Under the pieces are notes generated by a model, which saw only the letters and a program-made list of their open reading frames with translations, ran no database searches and was not told where the DNA came from. This document shows positions 19,925 through 20,000 of a DNA stretch of 20,000 nucleotides, piece by piece (position 1 is the first letter of the stretch; the number at the start of each line of letters is the position of its first letter). Source of the stretch: Folioceros fuciformis (lineage: Eukaryota); NCBI GenBank assembly GCA_049999805.1, contig JBNGIO010006148.1:61153-81152 (forward strand), given 5' to 3'. The position numbers and the translations under genes are program-made.

Positions 19925-20000
19925 CCACAGAGAAGGGGCTGGGTAGAGAGTTTTCCTCTCGCTCTGCTTTTTTCGTCTTTTCCGCGGTGTCTGTCAGAGG

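Noticed and set aside
18400-20000. Conserved miRNA, tRNA or snRNA gene
   Set aside because: I could not match any conserved mature miRNA or structured RNA motif; only short, weak hairpins (e.g. 18976-18999, 19290-19318) are visible.

Overview
Gene-dense eukaryotic (land plant) nuclear DNA with short introns of about 75-240 nt. Left to right it holds: (1) the 3' part of a PLS-class PPR gene (no introns in view), ending in an atypical DYW:KP-type deaminase domain (KAAKTWIEV... HAEKLA... CDDCH... CTCKDSL), the clade linked to reverse U-to-C organellar RNA editing; (2) a 14-exon 26S proteasome RPN2 gene on the minus strand, convergent with the PPR gene; (3) a tiny 3-exon, 52-aa mitochondrial ATP synthase subunit e gene that the ORF track misses, head-to-head with RPN2 across a 284-bp spacer containing a telo-box; (4) a 100-N assembly gap hiding the start of (5) a NUP205 gene with at least 45 exons and one GC-AG intron; (6) a GC-rich, low-complexity tail with a possible small spliced minus-strand transcript. 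Compact introns plus a DYW:KP gene suggest a hornwort-like seed-free plant (inference). Exon structures were derived by hand from GT/GC-AG signals, frame continuity and recalled homology, not from database searches.
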